A stretch of DNA of 64,000 nucleotides. It comes from Gordius albopunctatus. Its lineage: Eukaryota. The notes under the pieces were generated by a model, which saw nothing but the letters and a program-made list of their open reading frames with translations, did no database searches and was not told the DNA's origin. The position numbers and the translations under genes are program-made. Of the stretch, positions 52,067-64,000 are shown piece after piece (positions within the stretch are counted from its first letter, which is position 1; each line of letters begins with the position of its first letter). Location of the stretch: the NCBI GenBank assembly GCA_964276515.1, contig OZ193910.1, positions 372,001 through 436,000 on the forward strand, read 5' to 3'.

Positions 52067-54660
52067 TTTTTTTCCTATAGCTGTTTGTCACATTTAGTGG
52101 TCAGCTCCTTCAAGTAGGTTCTCCATGTATTCCTGCACTTACACCAGCTTCGCTTTAGCTCGTACCTTCTCAAGTCCATATCAATTTTATGCTTCTATGT
52201 CAGTTTAGGCCTCCCTCTCTTTCGCTTACCTTCGACTTGCACTTTCTTGATACGATTTGCCAAGTGACTTTCCTCCCGTCTCTCCAAATGGCCATACCAT
52301 CTCAATCTTCTTACCACCAACTTTCTCTGCATCGGAACTACATTTAGTTTATCCCTTATGTCTTGATTCCTTATATGGTCCTTTTTGCTTATTCTCAAGA
52401 TCCATCTCAACATTCGCATCTCCATTGTAGCAAGCTTTGCTCCTCTTCTGCCTTAATTGTCCAGGTTTCCACTCCATACAATACCGACTCAAAGCATACA
52501 TATTCTGTTTTATCTCGGTTGACCCTAAGTCTTTTGCTTTCAATTCGTTCCATCCATACTTTTACCTGCTCTGCTAATTCCACGTTTGAGCCTGCGCACA
52601 GGACGATATCATCCGCAAAGAGCATTGCCCAACGTTTCAGGTTCTTCGTTATCGAATCCATTATTGTTATTCAGAGCAATGGACTTAGGGCCGATCCTTG
52701 ATGCACACCGACATTTAGACTGAATCCCTTTGATGTACCACTGGATTTCCGTACTTTGTTTTTTGAGTTTCTATACATATCCTTTATTAATATTATATAA
52801 GCCTCGGGTACACCATTGGAACTCAAGCTATCCCATATCAACTGCCTTGGCACTTTATCGAAAGCTTTCTCAAGATCGATGAAACACATATGAAGATCCT
52901 TTTGTTTTTCCTTATATACTTCCATAAGTCTCCTAAGACCATGTATTGCATCTGAAGTCGACTTTCCAGGCATGAACCCAAATTGTCGTTCATCTATTGA
53001 TATTATTTTTCGGAGTCTAGCTTTTATGACCTTTTCCCACACCTTCATTACGTGACTCGTTAACTTTATCCCTCGATAGTTGTTCCATTCTTGTAAATCT
53101 CCCTTCATTTTATAGATAGGTATAACATAGCTTTCCCTCCACTCATCCGGCATTGTTAAACAGCTTTGCAAGTAGATGTACACCTAAGGGCCCTAGCATT
53201 TTAAAAGCTTCCATAGGTATATTATCAGGTCCCACCGCTCTGACCATGGTCATCTTTTTAAGCATCTGGTAAACCTCTTCTTCTGTCACTTCTAACTCTG
53301 GGTCATATTCATAGTTCTTGCTTTCGCAGTGGTCCGAAAACCTATTTTCATTGTTTAATAATTCTTTATAATATTCTTCCCAACGATCTATGATTTGATG
53401 GTCCAGAGTTTGACTGATGCTTTCCTTGCTCTTTATAGATTTCACGTTCACCACACATCCTTTGAGTTCCTTGCTCTGTTCTTTGCGATTTTGTAGATCA
53501 TTATTTACGCTTCTTTATTTGTTAATTTGGCATTCAAAATTTCGTAGATCTAGGTTTTAGCCTTGGCTACACAACGTTTTACTTCATTTTTAGCTTTCAC
53601 ATATGCCAATCGTGTTTCTTCATTTCGCCTTTAAAACCCATCACAACAAGTCTATGCTGGGCTGCAATAGCCTCACCTGGTATCACCTTACAATCTCGTA
53701 CATTCCTTAATTTTTTTCTTGATATTAGGAGGAAGTCAATCTGCGAAGATCAATTTCCACTTTTGTACGTTATTAGGTGATTTGCATTCTTTTTGAAGAA
53801 AGTATTTGTGATGGCCAAATCAAAGGCAACGGCTATTTTCAATATTTCGTCGCCTTCATAGTTTCTCACTCCGTAGCCATTTCCACTATGGTACCGTTCG
53901 AATCCTTCTCTTGTTTTGCCTGCCTGACTATTCATATCTGCTCCAATTATAACTATCTTGGCTCTGGGTATTATTCGCAGCATTTCGTCTAATTCTTCCG
54001 AAATTCCTCCTTTTCTTCATCTGTGCATCATGTTTGCGGAGCATATCCGGAAACTACATTAATCATTTGACCTTCTATGCATAGTTTCAGCATCATGAGT
54101 CGCCCACTTTTTCTTTGTACCTCAATGACTTTATCTTGCAGATGTGAGGCTAGCATGATTGCCAGCCATTTTTATTCGTTTCAAGGCCATTGAAGTAAAG
54201 TTTATAGCCTTCACCTATCATCCTTGCTTCTGCGCCTTTCCATCTTGTTTCCTGTATACACGCTATATCAAAACGTCGTTTGATGAGGGTGTCAGCAACT
54301 TCTCGGCATTTGGCAGTCATCGTTCCAACATTTAGCGAGCCCACTCTCAATCTCGTCCTTAGCAAACTAGTTTCTTTAACTACATCCGTTTGCGGAAGAT
54401 GTAGTGACCCTTGTTGATATTTCACATGATACGGGCGCCTACCATGCGCGTCGTTTACGGAGGACGCCCTAGCGCTTTCATTATTAAGAACTTTCATAGC
54501 ACTTGGATCAGGGGTGACGCTCGGCTATCCAGGCCTGACAGCCGTGTTGACGATGTGAGATATTTTTAAACTTTGAAATAAATGCCGGAGGAGGTGGAAT
54601 CGAACCAGCACCCTTGAGCTTCAAAGTCTAAAGTTATACCCACTACACCACCACGCCCCA
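52067..54660 (-). mobile_element. RTE LINE (degenerate, internally deleted) with tRNA-derived 5' head and oligo(A) tail
   Basis: 17-bp TSD TTTTAGATTCACTCACT (52050-52066 / 54661-54677); APE and RT fragments (LNVGTM, CIQETRW, FIDLEKAFD, GVHQGSALSP, FADD, RLRWYGH). Confidence 0.93.
54584..54660 (-). promoter_or_regulatory. tRNA-derived (Gln-like) Pol III promoter head of the RTE
   Basis: A box TGGTGTAGTGG, CTTTGAA anticodon-like loop, B box GGTTCGATTCC; acceptor and anticodon stems pair poorly. Confidence 0.85.
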
Positions 54661-54999
54661 TTTTAGATTCACTCACTAATATAATCTAATCGTTTGTTAT
54701 AAATTTTTTAATAAATCTTTTTTAAATCGATGTTAAATGTGTTTTTTTAAGTGTTTGTGTCGTTTTTTTGAGTTGCTGATTCACCCAACATAGTTCTATT
54801 TCAAAATTTTTCCTTATTTTCCCATAATTTCCCTTATTTTCCCATAAATTCCCTTATTTTCCTAATATTTTCCCTTGGAAATTTCCCAAAGACTTGCATT
54901 TGGGAAAATATGACATCTCTAACTCTAACCCTTAAGAACTTAATTGACATTTTTTATAAAGCAAACCAGTCTACTCCTGACATTTTTTACATTCATAAA

Positions 55000-57900
55000 T
55001 AGAGACCTGCACGGCCTAAAAGGCCGCCCCGCGAGCCGGGCTTTAGGTTTAAAAAATATAAACGGGCCGGGCCTGGACGGGCCATTCAATTCCCTCACGG
55101 GCTTGTGCCGGGCCTAGATTAAACTGAGGCCCGCTAAAAGCCCGTTGCAAAATAGTATTAACATCATGCGGATTTTTTCTAAATAATATTTTTAAAATTA
55201 CATTTGTTTCAGATCAAGGGGCCAATATCGTAAGTGCTCTACAAAATTATAGACGACTGGACTGTAAGGCTCACCAGATAAATAATATCATTAAAGGGGC
55301 TTTTGATGAATTATTTTTGGAAGAAAATGCTCCAGATGTCTTGAACATGATAAATGACACTAAAACTCTAGTACGGTACTTTAAGCAAAGTGGCTTAAAT
55401 ATAAATCTAAGCCATTGTTTATATCAAGATGTAGCTGTTAGGTGGAATTCTAAAATGAATCTTTTGGAAAGTGTTAATAATATGTTGGATGAAGTTGAAG
55501 AGATTTTAACAAAAAGGAATGAAACATTTATGTTGTTTAATATAAACAAACCTTTGCTAAAATCCACTATTGAGTTATTGAGGCCTTTTAAAGAAGCAAG
55601 CATAAAATTAGAGGCGGACTCAAAATCCACTATGCTTTATGTATTTTTATGGAAATTGAAATTGAAATTAATTTTTTTTTTTAATATTAAAAAGTTTATT
55701 TGTTAAAAATCCGTCGACAGTAATGTAATATAAATACATAAAATATAAAAGACAAAATGCGTCAAATAAAATAATACACTATTCTAATATATCATCATCG
55801 AGGGGATCTTCCAAAATTGGCCAAGAATCCGCGAACGATTTAAAATTGTACTTGGCTATAAGAATACCAAGTCGTTGTTTAAGTAAAAAGGATACCGAAT
55901 GTTTAGACGGGGGAGAACGTCTTCCTACCTCTTTAAAAAAGGCTAAGGCCTGTTTGCCAAAGGTGCCTCAATACGAAGCGACCAATGGAATAAAAATATT
56001 TGAGGATAATAGGGCTTTGTATTTATTAGCTTTCCGCCCCTCTGCGACAGCTAAGGAATCATTGTTGTAGTTAGAGGGGGCAAATAGGTCAATACACGTG
56101 AAGTCCCATTTAAGGTGAAGACCATTGCTCCATGGGACTAAAGAAGATCCATCAGGACGCATACGTCCCTCCAAGGAGGGGTCCGATGGCTCCAAGATGG
56201 ATGGGATATTTGCTATCTTCAATGCACTTTGAATTAAGGTATTGGCCTTATTGTGCCTAACATATTTAAATTTGTTTGCCAGGCAGTGTAAGGGATGCCT
56301 GGCTTGTTCGTCTACGAGTATGCTGCAATTTCGCCAAATAAATGGCTTCGAAAATTTTACCCCTAGCCTGAGAGCTATGGAGTACGAAAGTTCCGAGTCC
56401 TCCAGCATCATCCCGGTGAGAGACCTTGGGTAGACCTCTAGCCATTCCTGACCTGAGCCATCAAACAAAAACGACCTTAAATTAGAACACTGACTTGCAT
56501 CGCTACTCGAAATTAGATAATCAACGGAGCGCAACACAATTCCGGCATCCCAATCTTTTTGTCGTGAGGTTTGTGGCAAAGGTGTTCCGGGATTGGTATT
56601 GTTTTCCCAAATAGCTAAAGCAATGGGTAAAAGCGGGTCCTTCTTTAACAGGATACAACTTAAAAATGGTATCTTGTACCGATTTGTAAGATGAAATAAA
56701 CGAGACTAGAGATATTGCGGCAGTTGAGCGAATCCCTAAACCACCCGATTTCGTTGGTAGGGAAGCTTGTAACCAGCTATGAGTATTGAACTTTATATTT
56801 AAAATAGATTGTAAAATAGATTTAATATTCTGTTCGAAGAGGTTTAAAATTTCCGAGTATAAAAAAGCACTTGAAGAGCGAAAACAGTGTTGAATTTTTG
56901 AAATATTAAAATAGTTTTTCATTATGTAAAAAGCGTGGTGTGAAGGCAAACACTTTAAGAGATCTAATTTTGAGTTTAAAATAGAGAGATTTTTCTCCAA
57001 ATAAGTTGCGAGTCCAACTCTACCACCTATAGGCGATCCAAGATGGCACATAGCGTCTTTCTCGATTGCTAAAAAAGGGGTAATGTGTGGATATAATGAG
57101 TAATCAGGGGGTTGAAAGATCTCACATTTGGTCTCGTTTAGTTTTAGTTTTAAAATTGGTTCGAAATCCTTTATAATTTTGATGGCTTTAAAAACTTCGC
57201 GAGGATGACCACAAAGGGTGGCATCGTCCAAGTACCAAATATTAAGTGTTAGGTCGCATTCGTGCGATATTTTTTCCACTAAACATTGGATGCCTGAGCA
57301 AGACAATGGCGGACCCAATGGGTCACCTTGTTGGATACCTTCAGATGAATTTATTTTAAAATCCCCAAATCTTAAAAAGGATGTTGAGCCATAACTTAAT
57401 AAGATGTAGTTATGGAACTCCGGGAATTTCTCGAGAAAATTTTCGATAAGGACATCTCTACGAATTCTATTAAAAGCGTTGGCAAAGTCTAGTTTGACCA
57501 TGCAATGATCCGATGGTATGCCTTCGAGGGCTAGCCTAGCGGCATGACTAGCAGCTTCGCAGCCACCCTTTATTCCAAAACCTAATTGATGTGGACTTAG
57601 GTTAGTGGAAAGGATCGGTTTGATTTTATTACATATTATTTTAGAAATAATCCTCCTAAAAACTCCCCCAATAGCGATAGGTCTTAGTGAATTGTCTGGC
57701 TTCTTAATCGCTATCAATTTGGCGCCAAACAAAATAGGTATTATTTCATGAGGCACGTCCCCATTGACAATGAGATTGCATAACGATGTTATGGCCTTTA
57801 GGAGGCATGTTGAGTTTAGGTTATTAATTTTAAGTAAATCTTGGAGATATACAGGGCGGATTCCGTCTAGGCCGGCTGCAGAATCTAGGGGAAATGAGTT

Positions 57901-60417
57901 AATGGCTTCAGCGACCTCGGGGGAATCTAAGGATATGTTGGATTTAGAGTATGGATATTTATCTAAGGATGACGAAGGAGGATGCTTTAGTATAAGCTGG
58001 TTGTAAGTTTCCTGTGTGCTTGGGGCGATTGTATCGTTGCCATAAAACACCCTCAGAGCTCCCTTTGGATTAAAATGATTAATTTTGCTGGATACAAGCT
58101 TAGCAGTATGTTTCAAAGATGATGCAAAAGCAGGTTTTGTCTGGGAAGGGCATAAGAGTGTACAGGTGTCAAAAGTAGGAATGGAGTCTTTTATTTGTTT
58201 AGATAGGTGGTTTAAGTCTTCGGGCGGCCTGATAAAGAGAATGTGGTATGAGAATTTAGGGATTTTGTCCCAATTAGCAAGGTTCTTCGGATCATTAGTT
58301 ATGGACGTTATCAGATTTATAATAAATTGTTGGACGGCCAGTCTTGCCCCTCTAGGAATTCTAGATAACGTCTTAGGAAAGGAGAGAGTAAGGAAGGAAT
58401 TACTCCATGAAAAATCTGGAGGTGTAATATTTGGTGGCAAGCTGTAATCATTAAAATTAAGGGCATGACTGTCTTCAACTTCTGCTTGATTATCCTCTTC
58501 ATTTGCTATTAAAGGGGATGTTTGTTCTCCAATATCACTTATAATAGTTATAGGGGGAATTGCACTTACTGGTGGTGCTTTTTGGCCAGAATATTTACAT
58601 CTTGCTGACGTTGGGCCATGTAAAAAAAGAGGAAATTTTTATTTATTCCAATGATTCTCTTACAAGAGGGGCAAAGTACTTTAAGGTTAACCATGAGAAT
58701 ATTTTAAAGCATATTATTCTGTAAACTTTAAAGCTAAATTACTGAATAAATAAATTCCAGTTGGACAATGGCTACATTGTGCAGAATATTTTAAGTATGC
58801 ATCATTTAGTTTATGTTATGATAATCATTTCATCAAAAAAATATTTATACTTGCAATTGTTATATAGGCATGGATAATAGAATATTTATTAATCTTTTAA
58901 AGCTGGTTATATATGTTCAAGATTAATCAGGCTGCTTAAACTATGATATCTCTTAAATTGGAATTAGTGGATGGATATAAAAGAATAGATATTGGGATAT
59001 AGATGATTGTTATATGAAGTTGTGCAATGAATTGTCTTTGATGTATGCTTGATTGTAAAGATAGGTTAATTTTATTTCCCGTCGTAATTGAAAATTTAGT
59101 TTTTCCTTTCAAATCAGCTGATTGTTCTTTTCCATCATAAAAATAAGTAATTCTGCCATTATCAGCATTAAAATCTGAGTAATTTTATAAAAAATATAAT
59201 TTGCACTTATAATCATTAATTACATATATAGGTTTTTCGCTCAGTGATAATTCGCATTTTCGGAAGACACTGAACATTACTTTTTAGTTTTTGTGATTTC
59301 AATATCAAGTGCCTCTTTCGGGATAGTTTTATTAAATATCCAAATACAAGAGCAAGTGTCTTTTGAGAAAAATAAGTGCGTTTATATAATCGCGCATTAA
59401 TTGAATAAACAATTAAATTTAGTGTTGAGTCCTCGAGGTGTTTGTGATTGGTCAATTAACGTCGCGAGGTAATGGACGCAACGCTACACCTCCAAATCTA
59501 AAAAGTAAAAATAGGGTTTGTTTCAAAAAGAAGGGTATGGAATAATATCAAAAATTAAAATGATTGACAAGTAATGTATATTCAAATTTGATGGAAAATG
59601 ATGGATTTTCGGACAATCAAATTAGAAATATTAAAAATAAAATTAAAGAATTGATTAATAAAAAATAGAATCCATTCCTTGCATAGAATGGCTACGGCGC
59701 TTCACCCCAAATTTAAACACATGAAAATGGCTACTACTCAAGAGAAAAGGGAGACTTATGAAGAAATAAAAAGTCTTATAGATCGCGATGATTTTACTCA
59801 ATCAGTTAGTTCTTCCGAAAATACAGAAAATGACAATAGTATGTCTCAAGGTAAGATTTTAAATTTTAAGACAAAATTTTAGTAATATTTTAGCTAAAAA
59901 ATCTAAATGCGTATTTTCGGAATTGGAGGATAATGAAAGCATACCTTCATCAACAAATGAATTTAATCAATATCTTGAGGAATATGTAGATCCTGAATGT
60001 TTTGATCTTATAAAATGGTGGAAAGCCAAAGAAGCGAAGTAAATGTTATTAATATCAATTCAACCTTAAATTAGGTATCCAAAACTATCTCATTTAGCAT
60101 ATAAAGTTTTATGTATTCCTGCCACAAGTGCCACTAGTGAAAGAAAATTTTCAACTGCAGGTCGATTTATTGAAGAAAGAAGAACTCGCTTGAGACCCGA
60201 GATAATTGATGATTTATTATTTTTACATGATTATTATTAATATTTGTAATATATAGATATATTGATTTATTTTAATAAAAATTAGCAAACTAAAAGATTT
60301 TGTATACAGGCCCGGGGCTATCACCTTTAATTTTTACGGGCCCGGACCGGGCCCGGGCTTTGCAATTAATTAGCGGGCCGGGCCGAATGACCTAAACAGG
60401 CCCGTTGCAGGTCTCTA
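55000..60417 (+). mobile_element. hAT element B (hobo/Hermes-like transposase, N-terminus missing), interrupted by a CRE LINE
   Basis: TIR TAGAGACCTGCA / TGCAGGTCTCTA; perfect TSD TTCATAAA (54992-54999 / 60418-60425); DQGANI..CKAH..VRWNS, HRMATALHP, WWK..YPKL..IPATSATSERKFS. Confidence 0.93.
55672..59500 (-). mobile_element. Near full-length CRE-like LINE (ZnF-RT-CCHC-RLE), frameshifted
   Basis: ATG at 58694 starts CPSC..HGP..RCKYSG; RT LDFANAFN..GIQQGDPLGP..WYLDD; RLE RPDG..WDFTC; poly(A) at 55672-55682. The 5' boundary is uncertain. Confidence 0.9.
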
Positions 60418-61799
60418 TTCATAAAGCCTTCAACTCCCTTTCTCACCTATACATATGGGAATCCTGATGCCTCATTATTATCCCCAAAAAATCATCAGAC
60501 TTATCTTCTACTATAAAGCTATAAAGACATAGAGGTGGTCGTCAAACATCGCACCACCGCTCCAACCCTATCAAAGTCAATTCAGGAGTTAGGCAGGGGT
60601 GTCCACTCTCACCTCTCCTATTCATAACTGCCATGGACCTCATAATAAAGAGATCGACACTGCCATTTGACGTAATCAACTTGGGTTAACAAAAAAATCA
60701 TCCCTTCTATTCGCAGACGATCTATGCATAGTCTCCGACTCGATCTTCAGAACTCAGAACTTCATGACAGCTTCACCACGGAGACCCAGAAAGCAGGTCT
60801 GACGATCAATTCTAACAAATCCAATATTTTCAGTCATGGTACCTCATTAATTGAACCCCGTTCTCATTAGTAATACTCAAGTCTCCATCTCAGATTGAGT
60901 AGAATATTTAGGAGTCACTCTCCCCCCTGACACACACTCCCTTCTAGACACCTCTAATGAAATAAATAAGGACCTATCAATTATACTCGTGATACTTTAT
61001 ATGGAAAGTGCATTAACTGGCTTTACCATTCGCCTCCGTCTGTTCAAAACCACAATTTTACCTATTCTACTCTATGGATGTGAAACATGGTCACTCAAAG
61101 GCCTAACCCTGAAAACTGCCCAAACAAAACTCAACAAACTGCTGATGATAGTCTGTAATATTTTATACCCAGAGGTAATTAGCAACGTTAATCCCTGGAC
61201 CCTTTTTAAAATCCCTCCCATCATATAATTATTTTTAAGAAATGAAATTTTTTGCCACATCAGACTAAACGGAGTGGTTTAAACATGTGTCTGAGATCGA
61301 TTTTATGGAGACTCCTTCAACTAAGAAAACTTAAATTCAGAGGATCCTGGATCTACAGAATTTTTCAATAACTCCGCTCCTTAAATCATTATTGGAGTAC
61401 AGCAGATGTTCATTTTCTACGTTTTAAAGATACGAGCTATATTAATTAACGCGTGTAAGATCAAAAGAAGTATGTGGCACATTTTAGGTAATAAAACAAT
61501 CGACGAACTTGCAATTATTGTATAAAGAAAGAAGGGGGGGGGGATCGAATAAGTATGTATGAGATACATTGTGTTACAACTCTTGTGTGTATAGAAGCGC
61601 GGGGGAGGGGGGGGGTTGCGGAAATCCGTAAATTTTGTATAGGGGACATGGGGGATGGGGAGAATTTAAGTATACGAGTATATACGGATAGGACAGGGGA
61701 GAATCCATATATACGACTACTCCTCATAATGCAAGACAGGAGGGAGTGGAAAGCCTTCTTATCCTTCTCAATTATTTTACTAAAGTATTAAACCATTTC

Positions 61800-61935
61800 T
61801 TTATATTTACATATACTAACAGACTAACCTCCTAACAAATCGTGGCCCGAGATGCACCGCTTAGGTTTCAGATGGGACTCGCGGGTTTAGCAAAGCTCTT
61901 GAATGTCATCGGGCAAATACATACATACTTACTTA
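61800..61935 (+). mobile_element. Possible LINE/SINE 3' end with stem-loop and (ATAC)n tail
   Basis: GCCCGA...TCGGGC inverted pair followed by AAATACATACATACTTACTT. Confidence 0.4.
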
Positions 61936-62166
61936 TAAATGTATAACATTTAAAATTTTTAAAGTTATCTGTGATTTAGACAGTTTCTGGCTCTTATAGC
62001 CATCTTAATTCCCAAAACATTGCTAGATAGAGTTTCAAAATTTATTGTTTTGTCCTATCAAGAACTTAGAGAATTACAAAGAGTGGCTAAAAAGGTGTTA
62101 TAAAATTGAAAATATAAAGAACGGATATATAATGATGTAGCCAAAAAAGTTAAGAAATTATTGAAA

Positions 62167-63289
62167 TTAAGCCAGAGCTGTAATTTCAAATTTGACTGTG
62201 AAGGGTTTGGTTCCTTTAGGATATACTTGGCACTTTTCAAAATAATAAGTGTAAACATCAACGCCCGTCTTGGACATACAAATGACATCACCATATTTTT
62301 TGCTGGATTTATCAAACATTTGAGCTCTGGTCGATTTGGGAAAGCATTTCAAATCGTCCCATTTTTTATCGGCTAAAAACAGAATTTGATTTATTTATTA
62401 AACCAAAATAAATGTGTGTTTACTCGTATCAGGAATGATGATGTGGTAGAATTCAGCTTTAAATAGAGGTAAGGGCTGAACAAAATCCCCAAAAAATGGA
62501 ATCACTGGTGTAATAGTGTATCTTAAAATGATGGTCGAATTGGTGACAGATCCAACGTTAAATGTCATATTGGACATCTATATTAATTTGTAAAATTAAA
62601 CTTTAAAGGTTTATTAGTTTTATACTTTTCTTTCGATGAAGTCTCTGTTTTCTAACAAATTCCTGATTGCCACATCTCTCAACGTGTGCCCGAAATGTAT
62701 TGATATTTGGTTGTTGGGAAGTCTTTGCATAGTTATATTTTGGATTCTTTCGTCCACCACTTTTATTAAAAATTAAAGTTTTAAATAAGTTATTTTTTGC
62801 ATAAAAAACTATTTTTTGTAAAATTAAAATTATAAAAGTTTAAACCTATAACTACACTTTTCTCTTCAGATGCAGCCCGTTCATTTAAGCGTACCACCTT
62901 AAGTTCTTTTTCTTCACAATCTCCCATTATTGACTTGGTAATGCTTATGATATCTTTATGACTCACAAACGATTTCACATAATAATCTTGCGCCTTTTCA
63001 ATTTAAATTACAAAAATAAGTCTATAAATAATCCGTACTTTTGAACATTTAATTGCCAAGTGATGATGGACGTTATCATCAAGATTGCGTTCTAGCAAAC
63101 TTTTTTCGTTCAAATCACCTATATGAATACAAAAAATTAAATATAAATCATTAAATTCAAGTTTGGAGGCCTAAATATGAATTTACCAGGCAGAAAAATT
63201 TGATCTTGCTGATCCGTTGGAAAAACTTTGACTAAATAAGAGGCACTAATATTGGATGGAAATCGAAATCGTTGGAATCTAGCTGTCAC
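62167..63289 (-). CDS. Uncharacterised multi-exon protein gene (3' six exons, >=274 aa; 5' end not located)
   Basis: Exons 63289-63187, 63118-63039, 62993-62846, 62759-62626, 62577-62424 and 62372-62167; all GT-AG, phases consistent, no internal stops. Confidence 0.75.
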
Positions 63290-63435
63290 CTAATATGTAT
63301 CATACTTGTTTACCCATTTACATCTTTACATTTTATTTATTTTTATAAATCAGTGGAAATAGTCAAGGCTAGTAAAGACCTGGTCTGAGTTGAAAATTAA
63401 AAAAAAAATTTGTCGAGCTCGGGTTTAAAAAAAGT

Positions 63436-64000
63436 TTTGATGAGGAAACGATTAGCATTAGCACCTCCCCTCTGATGGGAATAGCCTATTAAATATGCTA
63501 TGTCTACTAGCACATAGTTACTTAAAGCGCTATAAGCTATAGGAGATGGGAGGTTTGAGCCGCTAAAGCTATGGGAGATGGGAGGTTTGAGGTGCTAAAG
63601 CTATGGGAGATGGGAGGTTTGAGGTGCTATGAGCTATAGGAGATGGGAGGTTTGAGGGCTAAAGTATAGCCGATAGCACTTAAAAGCGCTAGAGCTATAG
63701 CACGGCGCCAACATTGATAATAATAATTTCAATGAAAACAATAGAGTATAATATGAACTTGTGCGTACTCACCCATGTTATTGTATTTTAATATCTAATA
63801 ATCAATTAAAAATTATTCTCAATGTTAGCGCCGTGCTATAGCTCTAGCGCATTTAAGTGCTATCGGCTATAGCTTAAGCGCCTCAAACCTCCCATCTCCT
63901 ATAGCTTATAGCACTTAAAGTGACTATGCGCTAGTAGACATAGCCGCATATGGGTGCTATGTGCTATAGCTTTAGCTCCTTAAAAACCCTATTTCCCCAT
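63436..64000. mobile_element. Second copy of the 24220-24788 hAT MITE, running off the window
   Basis: Shares CTGATGGGAATAGCCTATTAAAT, the 31-bp GCTAT(A/G)GGAGATGGGAGGTTTGAGG repeats and the central segment. Confidence 0.92.

Larger units (their letters stand above)
46477..54921 (+). mobile_element. hAT element A (defective) carrying nested insertions
   Basis: TIR TAGAGATG / CATCTCTA; TSD ATTCTAAC / ACTCTAAC; GGGAAAAT subterminal repeats at both ends. Confidence 0.85.
46000..61500 (+). pseudogene. Old RTE/RTEX-like LINE RT relic split by two hAT insertions (pieces ~46000-46476, 54930-54999, 60426-61500)
   Basis: Joining the pieces across the TSDs gives TTEHIL|TLKNLID..|KAFNSL..SGVRQGCPLSPLLF..LFADDL..ILLYGCETW. 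Outer boundaries are approximate. Confidence 0.75.

Noticed and set aside
54584..54660. Functional tRNA-Gln gene
   Set aside because: Acceptor and anticodon stems do not pair properly, and it lies inside the RTE's TSD.
59455..59500. HDV-like ribozyme at the CRE 5' end
   Set aside because: Two competing stems are visible on the minus strand (GAGGTG/TACCTC and AGCGTTGCG/CGCGACGTT), but I could not fit the P1-P2-P3-P1.1-P4 order.

Overview
AT-rich eukaryotic (invertebrate-type metazoan) genomic DNA, not prokaryotic. It holds three recognisable spliced housekeeping genes (NDUFA13/GRIM-19, PCMTD1/2-like, PAF1) with many 36-45 nt introns, plus one phase-consistent multi-exon gene I cannot identify. 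The rest is a dense, deeply nested transposon landscape: RTE-clade LINEs (one intact 995-aa copy), CRE-like restriction-endonuclease LINEs, two Gypsy LTR elements, hAT elements and MITEs, piggyBac-, Tc1- and Helitron-like non-autonomous elements, and tandem repeats. Highlights: (1) both full-length copies of one RTE group begin exactly at the U^A cleavage site of a twister ribozyme fold with compensatory base changes, and in both the host target site supplies the U; (2) a related RTE has a tRNA-derived Pol III head in place of the ribozyme, inside its target-site duplication (TSD); (3) a CRE-like insertion has a ~92-95 bp TSD; (4) a four-level nested transposon stack lies at 46-61 kb. All calls were made by eye and no searches were run.
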